Shown here: in pieces, positions 39,887 to 49,369 of the stretch
How the letters are laid out: each line of letters starts with the position of its first letter
Numbering within the stretch: the stretch's first letter is position 1
Assembly: GCA_027492035.1 (NCBI GenBank)
Contig: JAOZFT010000004.1
Coordinates: forward strand, 224,001 to 288,000
DNA length: 64,000 bases
Direction of reading: 5' to 3'
From: Thermoproteota archaeon
GTDB lineage: Archaea > Korarchaeota > JAOZGF01 > JAOZFZ01
Notes under the pieces: generated by a model
Told to the model about the DNA's origin: nothing
What the model saw: the letters and a program-made list of their open reading frames with translations, nothing else
The model's database searches: none
Position numbers and translations under genes: made by a program

Positions 39887-40300
39887 CTATATCTTTTTGA
39901 TAGGGGTTAAAGCTCCACATGCTTCACATTTCAGGTAATGAATCCCTTTCTCTTTAATGATTCTTGTGTCTGGTCTTTCACAAACTGGACATATTACGTA
40001 TAAGTTTATGTATTTCCTTAACTTTTTGTTAAGCCTTGAAAATTGGAACTTCCCATGAAGTAATATTACAGTACCTTTTTTTGTATATGAGGTCCCTAAT
40101 TCTCTGCATAGGAAAAGCAAAATATGGTTTTCGTCTCTGTTCAAAACTCTCCTTACTTCGTTAAAGTTTTGAATCACTGTGCTTGATCCTTCAATGTAAC
40201 CTCTTAGCACAGGGATTTGAAATCTTCCCCCTTTCTTAATTACTAAAGGTGTTTCACTTCTTGCCTTTTCGAGGAGAGAAATGTATTGATCGATTTCCAT
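39887..40300 (-). CDS. eif2b: Translation initiation factor aIF-2 beta
   Basis: RFQIP, LNRD..H, ELGT, YVICPVCERPDT...CEACG. Confidence 0.96.
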   Translation of the reverse strand: MEIDQYISLLEKARSETPLVIKKGGRFQIPVLRGYIEGSSTVIQNFNEVRRVLNRDENHILLFLCRELGTSYTKKGTVILLHGKFQFSRLNKKLRKYINLYVICPVCERPDTRIIKEKGIHYLKCEACGALTPIKKI

Positions 40301-40386
40301 GTTTCCTCATCACTCACTACATTGGTTCTATCCTTCTATAAAAATTTTCTCCCGGATTTTCTTTTTTGTGGGCTTTATATACCACT

Positions 40387-40836
40387 TTATTTTCTATTTT
40401 CTTCTCCAATTTTTTCACTAAATTCCTTTAAATCCTTTTTCTTTGCTCTCTTTTTAAGCCTATGTATTATTTCTAATTTCCGTGTGATAAACCAGTTTGG
40501 GTCAGATACTTTTATGACTAACTCAGGCAATAAGAACCTTCCATTTCCAATTACCTTTATTAACCCTATCACATCCACCAGGTCTCCGAATCCTATCTCA
40601 TGAATAGAGGGAACATAAGCTAAATTAATCGAGAAACCACTACCATCTTCTATTCTCACTACTTCAGTTTCAATTCGTGAATTGTAAGCTATGTTTGTTA
40701 CTACACCCATTACTCTGACCTTTAAAGCTTTAAAGCCGGTGCTGGTTGTTAAAACTGGATTTTTTACTCCAGAGACATATGAAAGCTTAGCTTCACATAT
40801 TTCCTTAATTTTCATTTTGTAAGCTACTTCAAACAC
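40387..40836 (-). CDS. OB-fold nucleic-acid-binding protein (RPA2-like)
   Basis: KVRVMGVV, RIEDGSG, GDLVDVIG, PE.VIKV.DPNW pattern. Confidence 0.7.
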   Translation of the reverse strand: MFEVAYKMKIKEICEAKLSYVSGVKNPVLTTSTGFKALKVRVMGVVTNIAYNSRIETEVVRIEDGSGFSINLAYVPSIHEIGFGDLVDVIGLIKVIGNGRFLLPELVIKVSDPNWFITRKLEIIHRLKKRAKKKDLKEFSEKIGEENRK

Positions 40837-40865
40837 TTCTCTCCTGCCTTTTCACTACTTTTAAA

Positions 40866-42158
40866 CTATTCTCTGTTTTCCACTACCACACGACCCTTCA
40901 AAAAATTTACTAAAGCTTGCTCGACAAATGCAACATAAAATTCCCCCGCTTCAATATCACCTTTCAAATGAATAGACTTATAGTTGAATAAACGGCCCTT
41001 GACCATTTTATCTTTCTTTTCAGTAATTAAAACTTCGTGGTTACTGTTCACTAGTTTCATGTTTCTTTCAAGTGAAATGCTTTCAGTTACTTTTCGCAAT
41101 TTTTTAATCCTAGGTTTAAGTTTATGTGGTGGAATAAGAGGCAATGTTGAAGCCTTGGTTCCAGGTCTTGGGAAAAATTTTGAAATATTTACTTTGTCAG
41201 GCTTTATCTCTTTTAAGGCTTGTAGTGTTTTGTTGAAATCTTCCTCTGTTTCAGTGGGATAACCTACTATAACATCTGTAACAATGGTTAAGAGGGGGAA
41301 TTTACTGCGTAAAGTTTTTAGGGTAGATATTACTTCCTCTATTTTATAGGGACGGTTCATGTCTTCCAAAACCTTGTTTGAGCCGCTTTGAATAGGTACA
41401 TGAAGGAAAAGATACATTTTTTGGCTACTGTATACCTTAATTAATTCATGTAAATATTTTCTTGCGAAGTAGGGGTTCATCATGCCTAGTCTGATCTTGA
41501 ACTTGTAAGGCAGTGCAATTATCCTTTTCAGTAAGTCAATAATGGTGGTTTTTAAATCTAAACCGTAAGCGCCTGTGTCAAGTGATGAAAGATATATCTC
41601 TTTTACTTCAGCTTTCAAACTGTTACTTACTTTGGAAAGAATGTCCTTTGCTTCGTAAGAGTAGAATGTCTCGTATATTTTCTTTTCGGCACAGTACGTG
41701 CAATTGAAGGGGCAGCCTTCTGATATTTGAATGATTTCTCTGAACTTGTTTATTCTTTCTTTAGGTAAATGTAGCTTAGGTACCGGCTTGTTTGGAAAAT
41801 AAAGAATCCCTCTCTCTCCATTTAACACTTTTCGGCTTATTTCAACGATTTTATTTATTGCATAAGGCCCTAAAATAGCACCATAATTTGGTATGGCTTT
41901 TATTATGGCTGATAAATGCAGCTTTGTTAGACAACCTGCAACAATGACTGGTTTATTGATTTTTGAGAGTTTCTTTAACTTAAAAAGGATTTTATCCTCC
42001 GTAGGTTTCTTTACCCCGCATGTATTAATTATTATTAGGTCAGATTCTTCTTTTCTGGACTGTACGAATCCTGCATTTCTCAACTGGCCAGTTATTATCT
42101 CTGTATTGCTTTGGTTTAATGCACAACCGTAAGTCTTAATCCAAAATTTCTTCTTCAT
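40866..42158 (-). CDS. mtaB: tRNA t6A methylthiotransferase (archaeal/eukaryotic MtaB, CDKAL1-like)
   Basis: TYGCALN, NTCGVKKPTE, radical SAM CPFNCTYC, RLGMMNP, C-terminal TRAM. Confidence 0.9.
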   Translation of the reverse strand: MKKKFWIKTYGCALNQSNTEIITGQLRNAGFVQSRKEESDLIIINTCGVKKPTEDKILFKLKKLSKINKPVIVAGCLTKLHLSAIIKAIPNYGAILGPYAINKIVEISRKVLNGERGILYFPNKPVPKLHLPKERINKFREIIQISEGCPFNCTYCAEKKIYETFYSYEAKDILSKVSNSLKAEVKEIYLSSLDTGAYGLDLKTTIIDLLKRIIALPYKFKIRLGMMNPYFARKYLHELIKVYSSQKMYLFLHVPIQSGSNKVLEDMNRPYKIEEVISTLKTLRSKFPLLTIVTDVIVGYPTETEEDFNKTLQALKEIKPDKVNISKFFPRPGTKASTLPLIPPHKLKPRIKKLRKVTESISLERNMKLVNSNHEVLITEKKDKMVKGRLFNYKSIHLKGDIEAGEFYVAFVEQALVNFLKGRVVVENRE

Positions 42159-42175
42159 TGTATTCTTTCCAAAAT

Positions 42176-43720
42176 CTAGCCTTTCATCTTGTTTAAAAAC
42201 ATTTTCCAAGAAAGGATAGGATGCCTTGAGGCCTTTACTTCATCCAATCTACCAATTGATGCCTTGAATGGGGCTTTTTTAACTTTTTCAGGGTTAGTTT
42301 CAGCTTCTTTCATTATTTCCAAAAGGGCTTGACAGTAGCCATCGAGGTTTTCTTTTGTTTCACATTCCGTGGGTTCAATCATGAGACAGTTTTTCATTAT
42401 CAAAGGAAAGTTGATTATGGGGGGGTAAAGTGAGTAGTCAAGAAGTCTCTTTGCAACATCTGCTACATTTATTTTTCCAGCCCCTACTTCCGCTAATGAA
42501 ACAACAAATTCATGTTTTCTAACATTCCCTGGTGAATAAACAGGGTCGAAGAGCTTCTTCTCTTTAATTAGTCTTCGGTAAAGATAATTCGAGTTTAGTA
42601 CTGCCATGTCCGAAACTTTGTTTAAACCCTCAAAACCCAGCATGTAAATGTAAATATAAGCCTTTATCAGAACTTCAGTGTTTCCATAATAACTTCTGAC
42701 TTTACCGATGCTGTGGGGGACATTGTAATCTAGAATATACTTATTTCCTTTTTTTGAAATTAATGGGACAGGCAGAAAATCTTTCAATTCCCCTTTTACA
42801 CCAACAGGTCCAGCTCCAGGCCCTCCCCCACCGTGAGGGGAAGCAAATGTTTTATGCAGGTTTAAATGCATTAAGTCAAAACCCATGTCCCTGGCTCTGA
42901 CTTTGCAAAGTAATGCGTTCATGTTGGCGCCGTCCATGTACATTAAACCACCGTAGTTATGTACTAACTTTGAAACTTTCTGTATTTCTTTCTCAAATAT
43001 CCCTAAAGTGTTTGGGACAGTGATCATTGCAGCTGCTGTTCTTTCCGATAAAGCGTATTCTAAAGCATCCAAGTTTATGCATCCATCTTCACCACTTGGA
43101 ATAGTAACCACTTTGAACCCTCCCATAACTGCACTGGCTGGGTTAGTTCCGTGTGCAGAGTCGGGGATTATTATTTCTGTCCTTTTTCCCCCCTCCCCCC
43201 TAAACTTATGGAATGCTTTTATTATGCTTACCCCTGTAAATTCCCCGTTGGCGCCGGCAGCTGGCTGTAAAGTAAACCTATCCATTCCAGTGATTTCACA
43301 AAGCCACTTCTCCAGTTTATAAAGGATTTCAAGCAATCCTTGAACTGTTTCCTCTGGTTGTTGAGGATGTAGGTTAGCCACTAAATTAGGGATGTATTGA
43401 AGTATTTTTGGTGTATATTTCATTGTGCAGCTTCCTAACGGGTAAATGGTTTGGTCAACTGAGAAATTCATTTGTGAAAGCCTAATATAATGTCTCACTA
43501 CTTCTACTTCAGTTAATTCAGGTAAATTAGGTTTTTGTTGTCTAAGTATCACTTCAGGAATTTTCTTTTCAAGAGAGAGATAAAGTTTTTTGAAGAACTC
43601 TTCTTCCGGAAGAGGCAAAATCCCTGTTTTACCCTCTTTTGACAATTCAAAAACTGTAGGTTCCAGTACTTCTTTGCTTTTCGTCCATTTAGCTTGATGA
43701 AAACCGGAACACATCCTCAT
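42176..43720 (-). CDS. gcvPB: Glycine dehydrogenase subunit 2
   Basis: YPLGSCTMKY, SAHGTNPAS, HLNLHKTF..PHGGGGPG motifs. Confidence 0.96.
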   Translation of the reverse strand: MRMCSGFHQAKWTKSKEVLEPTVFELSKEGKTGILPLPEEEFFKKLYLSLEKKIPEVILRQQKPNLPELTEVEVVRHYIRLSQMNFSVDQTIYPLGSCTMKYTPKILQYIPNLVANLHPQQPEETVQGLLEILYKLEKWLCEITGMDRFTLQPAAGANGEFTGVSIIKAFHKFRGEGGKRTEIIIPDSAHGTNPASAVMGGFKVVTIPSGEDGCINLDALEYALSERTAAAMITVPNTLGIFEKEIQKVSKLVHNYGGLMYMDGANMNALLCKVRARDMGFDLMHLNLHKTFASPHGGGGPGAGPVGVKGELKDFLPVPLISKKGNKYILDYNVPHSIGKVRSYYGNTEVLIKAYIYIYMLGFEGLNKVSDMAVLNSNYLYRRLIKEKKLFDPVYSPGNVRKHEFVVSLAEVGAGKINVADVAKRLLDYSLYPPIINFPLIMKNCLMIEPTECETKENLDGYCQALLEIMKEAETNPEKVKKAPFKASIGRLDEVKASRHPILSWKMFLNKMKG

Positions 43721-45123
43721 TCACCTTTCTGGCTTTCTAAAACATCAAAGATATTATTTATAAGCAAGTCTAAGTCTTCTTTTGTATGGATTTCGGTGAC
43801 AGCTAAAATAAGGGAGTTGGTGAGTGCTTCCAAATCGGTGTATTCACTTATTCGGCCAGCTAAAATATCTCTTTTTAACAGTTCCAGCCACACTTCCTTC
43901 GCTCTTGTGGAAATGAATTTTAGAACGAAATCCGAAAAATAAATTGCATTTTTAAAGGGAATCTTCAAATGTTCAGAATTCTTTAAGGCTGAAACCACAT
44001 AAGATGTTTTAGCTAGAATATTTCGTGATATCTCTTCAAATCCTTTCTTCCCTATTAAAGACAGGTAAATAGCTGTTCTGAGGGCGACTAATGCTTCATT
44101 GGTACATATATTAGATGTTGCTCTTTCTCTTCTTATATGTTGTTCTCTATTCGGCAAAGTCATTACGTAGCCGCGTTGGGAACCGTCTAAAGTCGTTGTT
44201 AATCCAATTATTCTACCAGGCATTTGATATATGATTCTCTTTTCTCCTTTACAGGCGAAAATCCCCAATGCTCCTCCTCCGAAACTTAAGGGGTTGCCTA
44301 GTGCCTGTCCTTCACCTATAACTATATCTGCATTATATTCTCCTGGGGGCTTGAAAATCCCTAGTGCGAATGGATTAACGCCTACAATTAGTAGAGCCCC
44401 GGCTTCATGGACTATTTCACTTATTTCTTGGGTTTTTATTTCTATTGTTCCTATGTCGTAAGGAAATTCAAAATAGAAAGCACTTGTCGCTTTTGAAATC
44501 TTATTTTCTAAATCTTCAACGTCCACTGTACCTGTGTTTTTATTGAAATTTATAGTTCTGATTTTCAGTCCAAGAGCTTCCGTGTAAAGCTGTAAAGTTT
44601 TTAACCTGTCTCTCGGTATTATTTTTGGAATTGTTATTTCTCTTCTTTTGTTTATTCTGTAAGCCATTCTTGCGGCTTCACCCAAGGCTGTGTTCCAGTC
44701 ATACATGGAAGAATTAGCTACATCCATTCCTGTGATTTCACAAATTAATGATTGGTATTCAAATAAGCTTTGGAGCATTCCTTGACTTGCTTCAGCAGTG
44801 TATGGGGTATAGGAAGAGTAAAATTCAGTCCTTGAAGAAAGCTCTTCTACAGCATAAGGGATGTAGTGGGGATAGAAGCCTCCGCCTGCAAATATCAGTA
44901 ACTCTTTATTTTTTGAAAGAATGTTTTTGAGGTGGCGCCAAGTCTCGTACTCTGTGTGGGGTTCAGGCAAGTTCATTTTTCCTTTAAATCTTATCTCGCT
45001 AGGTATGTCCTGGAAAAGCTCTTCCATGCTCTTAAATCCAGCCTCTGCTAACATTTCATTGGTATGAGGTATATTGGGTATGAATGGGAAGTAGGGGGGA
45101 GAAGATTTGTTTCTTTCTCTCAT
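43717..45123 (-). CDS. gcvPA: Glycine dehydrogenase subunit 1
   Basis: YTPY..EASQG.LQSLFEYQ, NSSMYD, REQHIRRERATSNICTN. Confidence 0.96.
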   Translation of the reverse strand: MRERNKSSPPYFPFIPNIPHTNEMLAEAGFKSMEELFQDIPSEIRFKGKMNLPEPHTEYETWRHLKNILSKNKELLIFAGGGFYPHYIPYAVEELSSRTEFYSSYTPYTAEASQGMLQSLFEYQSLICEITGMDVANSSMYDWNTALGEAARMAYRINKRREITIPKIIPRDRLKTLQLYTEALGLKIRTINFNKNTGTVDVEDLENKISKATSAFYFEFPYDIGTIEIKTQEISEIVHEAGALLIVGVNPFALGIFKPPGEYNADIVIGEGQALGNPLSFGGGALGIFACKGEKRIIYQMPGRIIGLTTTLDGSQRGYVMTLPNREQHIRRERATSNICTNEALVALRTAIYLSLIGKKGFEEISRNILAKTSYVVSALKNSEHLKIPFKNAIYFSDFVLKFISTRAKEVWLELLKRDILAGRISEYTDLEALTNSLILAVTEIHTKEDLDLLINNIFDVLESQKGE

Positions 45124-45124
45124 T

Positions 45125-45547
45125 TCACTCCTTCTCTATTTCCTTTATGTAATTTTGATATTGTTCAGAAGTCATCAATTTTTGTTTTTCCAAGCCAAGG
45201 CTTGTGGTTTCTATTTTTGCGAACCAACCGGAATCATAAGGTTGTTCATGGACTATTGCCGGATCTTCCAGTAACTTTTCGTTTAACTCAATTATTTTTC
45301 CTGACACAGGTGAATAAACAGGTTCAGAGCTTTTTTGTGTGTTGACAACTGCATATTCCTCAAATTGTTTCACCGTGTCGTTTACGTTTTTGGTGAATTC
45401 TATGTAAGTTATTTCCCCCAATTTTTGTTGTGCATAGTCACTTATTCCCGTCACAATTTTTCTTTCATCAACCTTCTTTAACCATTCATGCTCTTTTGTG
45501 TAGAGGAGGTTTTTAGGTATGTTATAGGACATTTCCCCTTCACCCAT
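45125..45547 (-). CDS. gcvH: Glycine cleavage system H protein
   Basis: YTKEHEW, GISDYAQQKLG, lipoyl-Lys in VNTQKSSEPVYSPVSG, PY..GW. Confidence 0.95.
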   Translation of the reverse strand: MGEGEMSYNIPKNLLYTKEHEWLKKVDERKIVTGISDYAQQKLGEITYIEFTKNVNDTVKQFEEYAVVNTQKSSEPVYSPVSGKIIELNEKLLEDPAIVHEQPYDSGWFAKIETTSLGLEKQKLMTSEQYQNYIKEIEKE

Positions 45548-45640
45548 ATTAATCTCAAAAATTACTTTGTTTAAAATTATTATTCTGGATTTCTTAGGTG
45601 CTGTTCTCCCACATTTAAATTTTTAGTGTTTAAGGAGTCT

Positions 45641-46420
45641 TTAATAAGGGATGTCTCGTATTCCCTCTTGAGTTATAATGAAAGCAGCTTCTCCCACTGG
45701 AAGATAAGGATTGTCAACTAACTTTATTATTCTCTTAGTGTTTCCAGCTTTTCTAATGTGAAGTATAGATATGGGTGTATGGGCCAATATGTGGCCTCCT
45801 GTGGCTACGGCTTCTTTCTCAAATAAATTGTCAGGTATGTCCATTACATGGTTAGTTACCACCACTGCAACGTTTTCGGTTAAGCTTAATCGATTTAGGA
45901 CGTGTAAGTGTTTTTTTAATTCTTGTTGACGTCTAAACAAGTCTTTTCTTCCGTGGAATTCACTCCTGAAATAGTTAATAAGTGAATCAATTACTATAAG
46001 TTTAACGTTCTCTCTCTCAACTAATTCTTTGAGGTTGTTAGTTGCTTTCTTCTGGTCGTCAAGTGACAATGCTTTTTTATAATAAATATTTCTTAAAGTG
46101 ACTGATGGGTCTAGATTTAAGGCTTGTGACATTTGTTTAATTCTTAGAGGGTTAAAAGTTCCTTCAGTGTCTATAAAAGCCGCTTTGCTACTAAGTCCAC
46201 CTAGTTTTTCGGGTAATTGAACATTTACACATAATTGAAAAACAAATTGGGTTTTTCCAGTTCCATATTTTCCATATATTTCAGTGATTCCCCCAGTTTC
46301 GATGCCTCCTCCTAATAACTGATCTACAGACTTACTTCCAGTAGTTATCCTCTTCTTTTGTGAAGAGTATTTTTTTAAGAATTCATGGGCGGTCATGAAA
46401 CCTAAATCTTTGTTTTCCAA
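45641..46420 (-). CDS. RadA/Rad51-family ATPase lacking the N-terminal HhH domain
   Basis: GFMTA polymerisation motif, ITTGS...LLGGGIETG, GKYGTGKTQ, IDTEGTF, FRSEF.GR..L..RQQ, GGHILAH. Confidence 0.88.
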   Translation of the reverse strand: MENKDLGFMTAHEFLKKYSSQKKRITTGSKSVDQLLGGGIETGGITEIYGKYGTGKTQFVFQLCVNVQLPEKLGGLSSKAAFIDTEGTFNPLRIKQMSQALNLDPSVTLRNIYYKKALSLDDQKKATNNLKELVERENVKLIVIDSLINYFRSEFHGRKDLFRRQQELKKHLHVLNRLSLTENVAVVVTNHVMDIPDNLFEKEAVATGGHILAHTPISILHIRKAGNTKRIIKLVDNPYLPVGEAAFIITQEGIRDIPY

Positions 46421-46431
46421 TTTCGCGTCAC

Positions 46432-47106
46432 TTACAAGTCTTCACTGTCCACTATTTTTATTCCATCCTTTACAATTCTATATCTTACTTTACTTCCTTC
46501 TTTCAATCCCTTAACTAATACTGCCTCTTTATAGTTATTTAAATTCACAAGTTTTATTATGTTATCTGGCCACGAAAGCGACATTTTACCTCCAAGTGGC
46601 CATATTTCTTTTGAAACTGCCGAATTAAGTGGTTTATGTATAGCTTGGTTTGTAATTAAAACTTCTAGGTTGAAACTGTTTGATAATTCCTTTAAGCGGG
46701 CAAATTGTTTATTTAACATGAGATTAACCGTTATTCCCCTCTTTTTAACTAAAGCCAACCTGTATAGTTCAGTGAACGAATCAAAAATTACTAGTTTAGG
46801 TTGAATAGAAGAAAGCACTTCTTCTAGATAATTTACCACGGTTAATTGTTCATGGAATGAATTCAATTTACTAACAATAAGGTTTCGTGACTCCTCAACC
46901 AACTCATATCTCTTAATCAAGTACGTTAATTTTTCTTCGAATAAACGCACTCCAGTTGAAAAAAAGAGCACCCTGTTTCCCTTAGATATGTGTTCAAGGG
47001 CATAAAGTATTGACATTATGGTTTTGCCTGTGAAGGGTTCACCAAATATCTCTAAAAAACCGACGTTGTCCCCAAGAACCCTTTTAAAAAGATTAAAGGA
47101 GAACAT
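46432..47106 (-). CDS. radB: RadB-like RecA-fold protein
   Basis: GEPFTGKT, VIFDSFTELYR, LITNQ, PLGG motifs; diverged. Confidence 0.65.
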   Translation of the reverse strand: MFSFNLFKRVLGDNVGFLEIFGEPFTGKTIMSILYALEHISKGNRVLFFSTGVRLFEEKLTYLIKRYELVEESRNLIVSKLNSFHEQLTVVNYLEEVLSSIQPKLVIFDSFTELYRLALVKKRGITVNLMLNKQFARLKELSNSFNLEVLITNQAIHKPLNSAVSKEIWPLGGKMSLSWPDNIIKLVNLNNYKEAVLVKGLKEGSKVRYRIVKDGIKIVDSEDL

Positions 47107-47316
47107 CTTCTATGCTCCAAAGTAAGTCAGTAACCTACCATATTCTAAATTTCTTTTTTAGAATATAGAATAAGTGTGACTCTTTTTTAACTTAACCTCC
47201 CCTTCCACCTTTGGAAACAAGGAAGACTTAGAAATTTACGAGGTCTCATCCCTCCCTAAAACGGCTTTACTCCAAGGTCTCATGGTTAAAAACTATTTTT
47301 TAGGACAGAGTCTCTT

Positions 47317-47631
47317 TCAAAAATTTATTAAAGACAAAAGCAGCATTAGAACTAACCCTGTTAAAGCTAGTTTTTTTCCTTTATAAGGGTGTAAATCAGA
47401 TGCCCAAAGAACTAAACCTATACCTACTAAAGCACCACCCATAGCTTTCAAAATGTTTATGGAAACATCCTTTAAAGTTACAAGTAAATTCTTTGCAGCT
47501 TCCCCGAAATCCTTCAATCCCTCTGAAATACCATGCAACCCAGTTGTTGAAGGTTCAGAGTAGGAAACAACTACGTTAATGCTTAAGAAAAGTATTGAAG
47601 ATAGGAAAAAAAGGAACAGGTGCCTCCACAA
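47317..47631 (-). CDS. Small membrane protein (signal peptide plus 2 TM; VirB2/TrbC-pilin-like topology)
   Basis: Hydrophobic N-terminus, amphipathic helix, TM-loop(YKGKK)-TM. Confidence 0.6.
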   Translation of the reverse strand: MWRHLFLFFLSSILFLSINVVVSYSEPSTTGLHGISEGLKDFGEAAKNLLVTLKDVSINILKAMGGALVGIGLVLWASDLHPYKGKKLALTGLVLMLLLSLINF

Positions 47632-47641
47632 GAAAAATCAC

Positions 47642-47905
47642 CTAAGATAACCCGAACATTTCCTTTAAAATATTTAAAACCCAATTCAAACCACTAGATA
47701 TGCCTGATTCTCCTTGGGCTAGTTTTTCGCTTATTCCTCCCCATAACTGGCTCAACCAGTTAGTTATTTGTGTTACAGGGCTAAGTATAGCAACCATAAA
47801 CAGTGAAATTGAAGCAGCTATCAAAAGAGCCTCTCCTATTACTTCCGAAACCCCCTTATTACTTTTTAGATATTTTTTTAAAAACGAAACAATTAACTGT
47901 AACAT
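47642..47905 (-). CDS. Archaeal type IV pilin-like protein (class III signal peptide)
   Basis: KSNKG|VSEVIGEALLIAASISLFMVAIL: basic leader, PibD/FlaK-type cleavage site, hydrophobic H-domain. Confidence 0.75.
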   Translation of the reverse strand: MLQLIVSFLKKYLKSNKGVSEVIGEALLIAASISLFMVAILSPVTQITNWLSQLWGGISEKLAQGESGISSGLNWVLNILKEMFGLS

Positions 47906-48025
47906 CCCTAGATTACCTTCTTCCTTAAAAAATTGAAGCCCTTATTTTATTGTAAAGATCTTGGGAAGAAGAATTTTGCTTCAACTTTTTTGAAAACAAA
48001 GTTCATTTAAGTAGAGAGAGAGGAA

Positions 48026-49369
48026 ATGAAAAATAAAAAACAAAGTTTACTAAGGCTAGCTCTTAATCAGTTAATTGAGAAAGGGCTAGTAAAAGTTTAT
48101 AGCGAAGAAATTCTACTGAAGCATGTGGCTGAGCTGCAAAGGGAGAACCAAGGCACCCCTCTCTTTTTTAAAAAAGTGAAAGGAGGAAAAGGCCTTTTCA
48201 GAACATCCTTTTTAACAGGTTTATTCAGCAACAAAAAACTTATTTCTTTAATGCTTAATGTAGATGAAAATAGTTTAAGAGATAAATTACTTGAAGCCAT
48301 GTTTTCGAAAGGGAAGGTGCAAATATCAACTGGAGACAAGTTTGAAATGGAAGCCTTCTATAACCCTGACTTACTTAGTCATCTACCAATTCTTAAACAC
48401 TATGAAAGAGAGAAGGGACCATATATTACTTCCTCTGCTGTTATAGCTAAGGACCCGGAAACTGGCAGAATGAATGTTTCAATACATAGAATGACTCCCC
48501 TAAAGAAAAATTTTCTAGTTTTAAGAGTGGTTGAAGGGAGAGATCTCTACAATTTCGTAGAGAAAGCTAAGACAAGAGGAGAGAATTTACCTGTAGCAGT
48601 GATTATAGGGTTCGATGCAGCTTTAATGCTATCTGCAGCCACTTCCCTCCCAGGAAAAAACGAGCTTGAAATGGCATCTGTTTTAAGAAACAGGCCGGTT
48701 GAATTAGTTAAATGTGAAACAGTGGACGCTTACGCTCCTGTAGATGCTGAAATAATTTTGGAAGGGGAAATATTAACTAGAAAATCGGAACTTGAAGGCC
48801 CGTTTGTGGAAATAGGCGGCGTCGATGTAGTAAGGAGGCAGCCTATTCTTGAAATCAAAGCTTTGAAAATGAGGAAAGACGCAATTTATTACGACATATT
48901 ACCGGCAAGTGAAGAACATGCTTTGCTCATGGGCCTAACCAAGGAACCCTTAATATATGCAGCTGCTAAAGAAAAAGTTGATTTAGTAGATGTTAAAATG
49001 ACTCGTGCAGGAATGTATTGGCTGGAAGCAGTGATAAAGATAAGGAAGAGAAGGAATGGGGACCCCTTAGCCGCTGCCTTTGCAGCTATTAACGTTCATC
49101 CAAGCCTGAAAAGAGTAATAATTACCGATGAGGACGTTGAAATAAATAATTACATAGAAGTAAGCAGAGCTATACTTACTAGATGTTATCCCCCAATGGA
49201 CGTGTATGTCTTCACAGGAATTCCAGGTTCAAGTTTAGATCACTCCAACATTCGAAAAGTAAAATTGTATAACTCAGGTAATAGAAAAGAAATATTTATA
49301 GAGTTGCCTCCAGCGAAAATTGTAGTCGACGCTACATGGAAAGGTCCTAATGAATTGCTTAAAAACTAA
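48026..49369 (+). CDS. UbiD-family prFMN decarboxylase (possibly anhydromevalonate-phosphate decarboxylase)
   Basis: PILKHYE...GPYITS, NVSIHRM, EIILEGEI, EGPFVE, GSSLD motifs. Confidence 0.88.
   Translation: MKNKKQSLLRLALNQLIEKGLVKVYSEEILLKHVAELQRENQGTPLFFKKVKGGKGLFRTSFLTGLFSNKKLISLMLNVDENSLRDKLLEAMFSKGKVQISTGDKFEMEAFYNPDLLSHLPILKHYEREKGPYITSSAVIAKDPETGRMNVSIHRMTPLKKNFLVLRVVEGRDLYNFVEKAKTRGENLPVAVIIGFDAALMLSAATSLPGKNELEMASVLRNRPVELVKCETVDAYAPVDAEIILEGEILTRKSELEGPFVEIGGVDVVRRQPILEIKALKMRKDAIYYDILPASEEHALLMGLTKEPLIYAAAKEKVDLVDVKMTRAGMYWLEAVIKIRKRRNGDPLAAAFAAINVHPSLKRVIITDEDVEINNYIEVSRAILTRCYPPMDVYVFTGIPGSSLDHSNIRKVKLYNSGNRKEIFIELPPAKIVVDATWKGPNELLKN

Noticed and set aside
47203-47225. ORB-like TTCCA...TGGAAAC sequence (similar word near 53597..53613)
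   Set aside because: Spacing differs from the ORB consensus, the copies are isolated, and there is no adjacent cdc6.
49240-49315. Apparent insertion near the UbiD C-terminus as a second mRNA intron
   Set aside because: The frame is open and I could not build a BHB with 3-nt bulges around a 4-bp helix.
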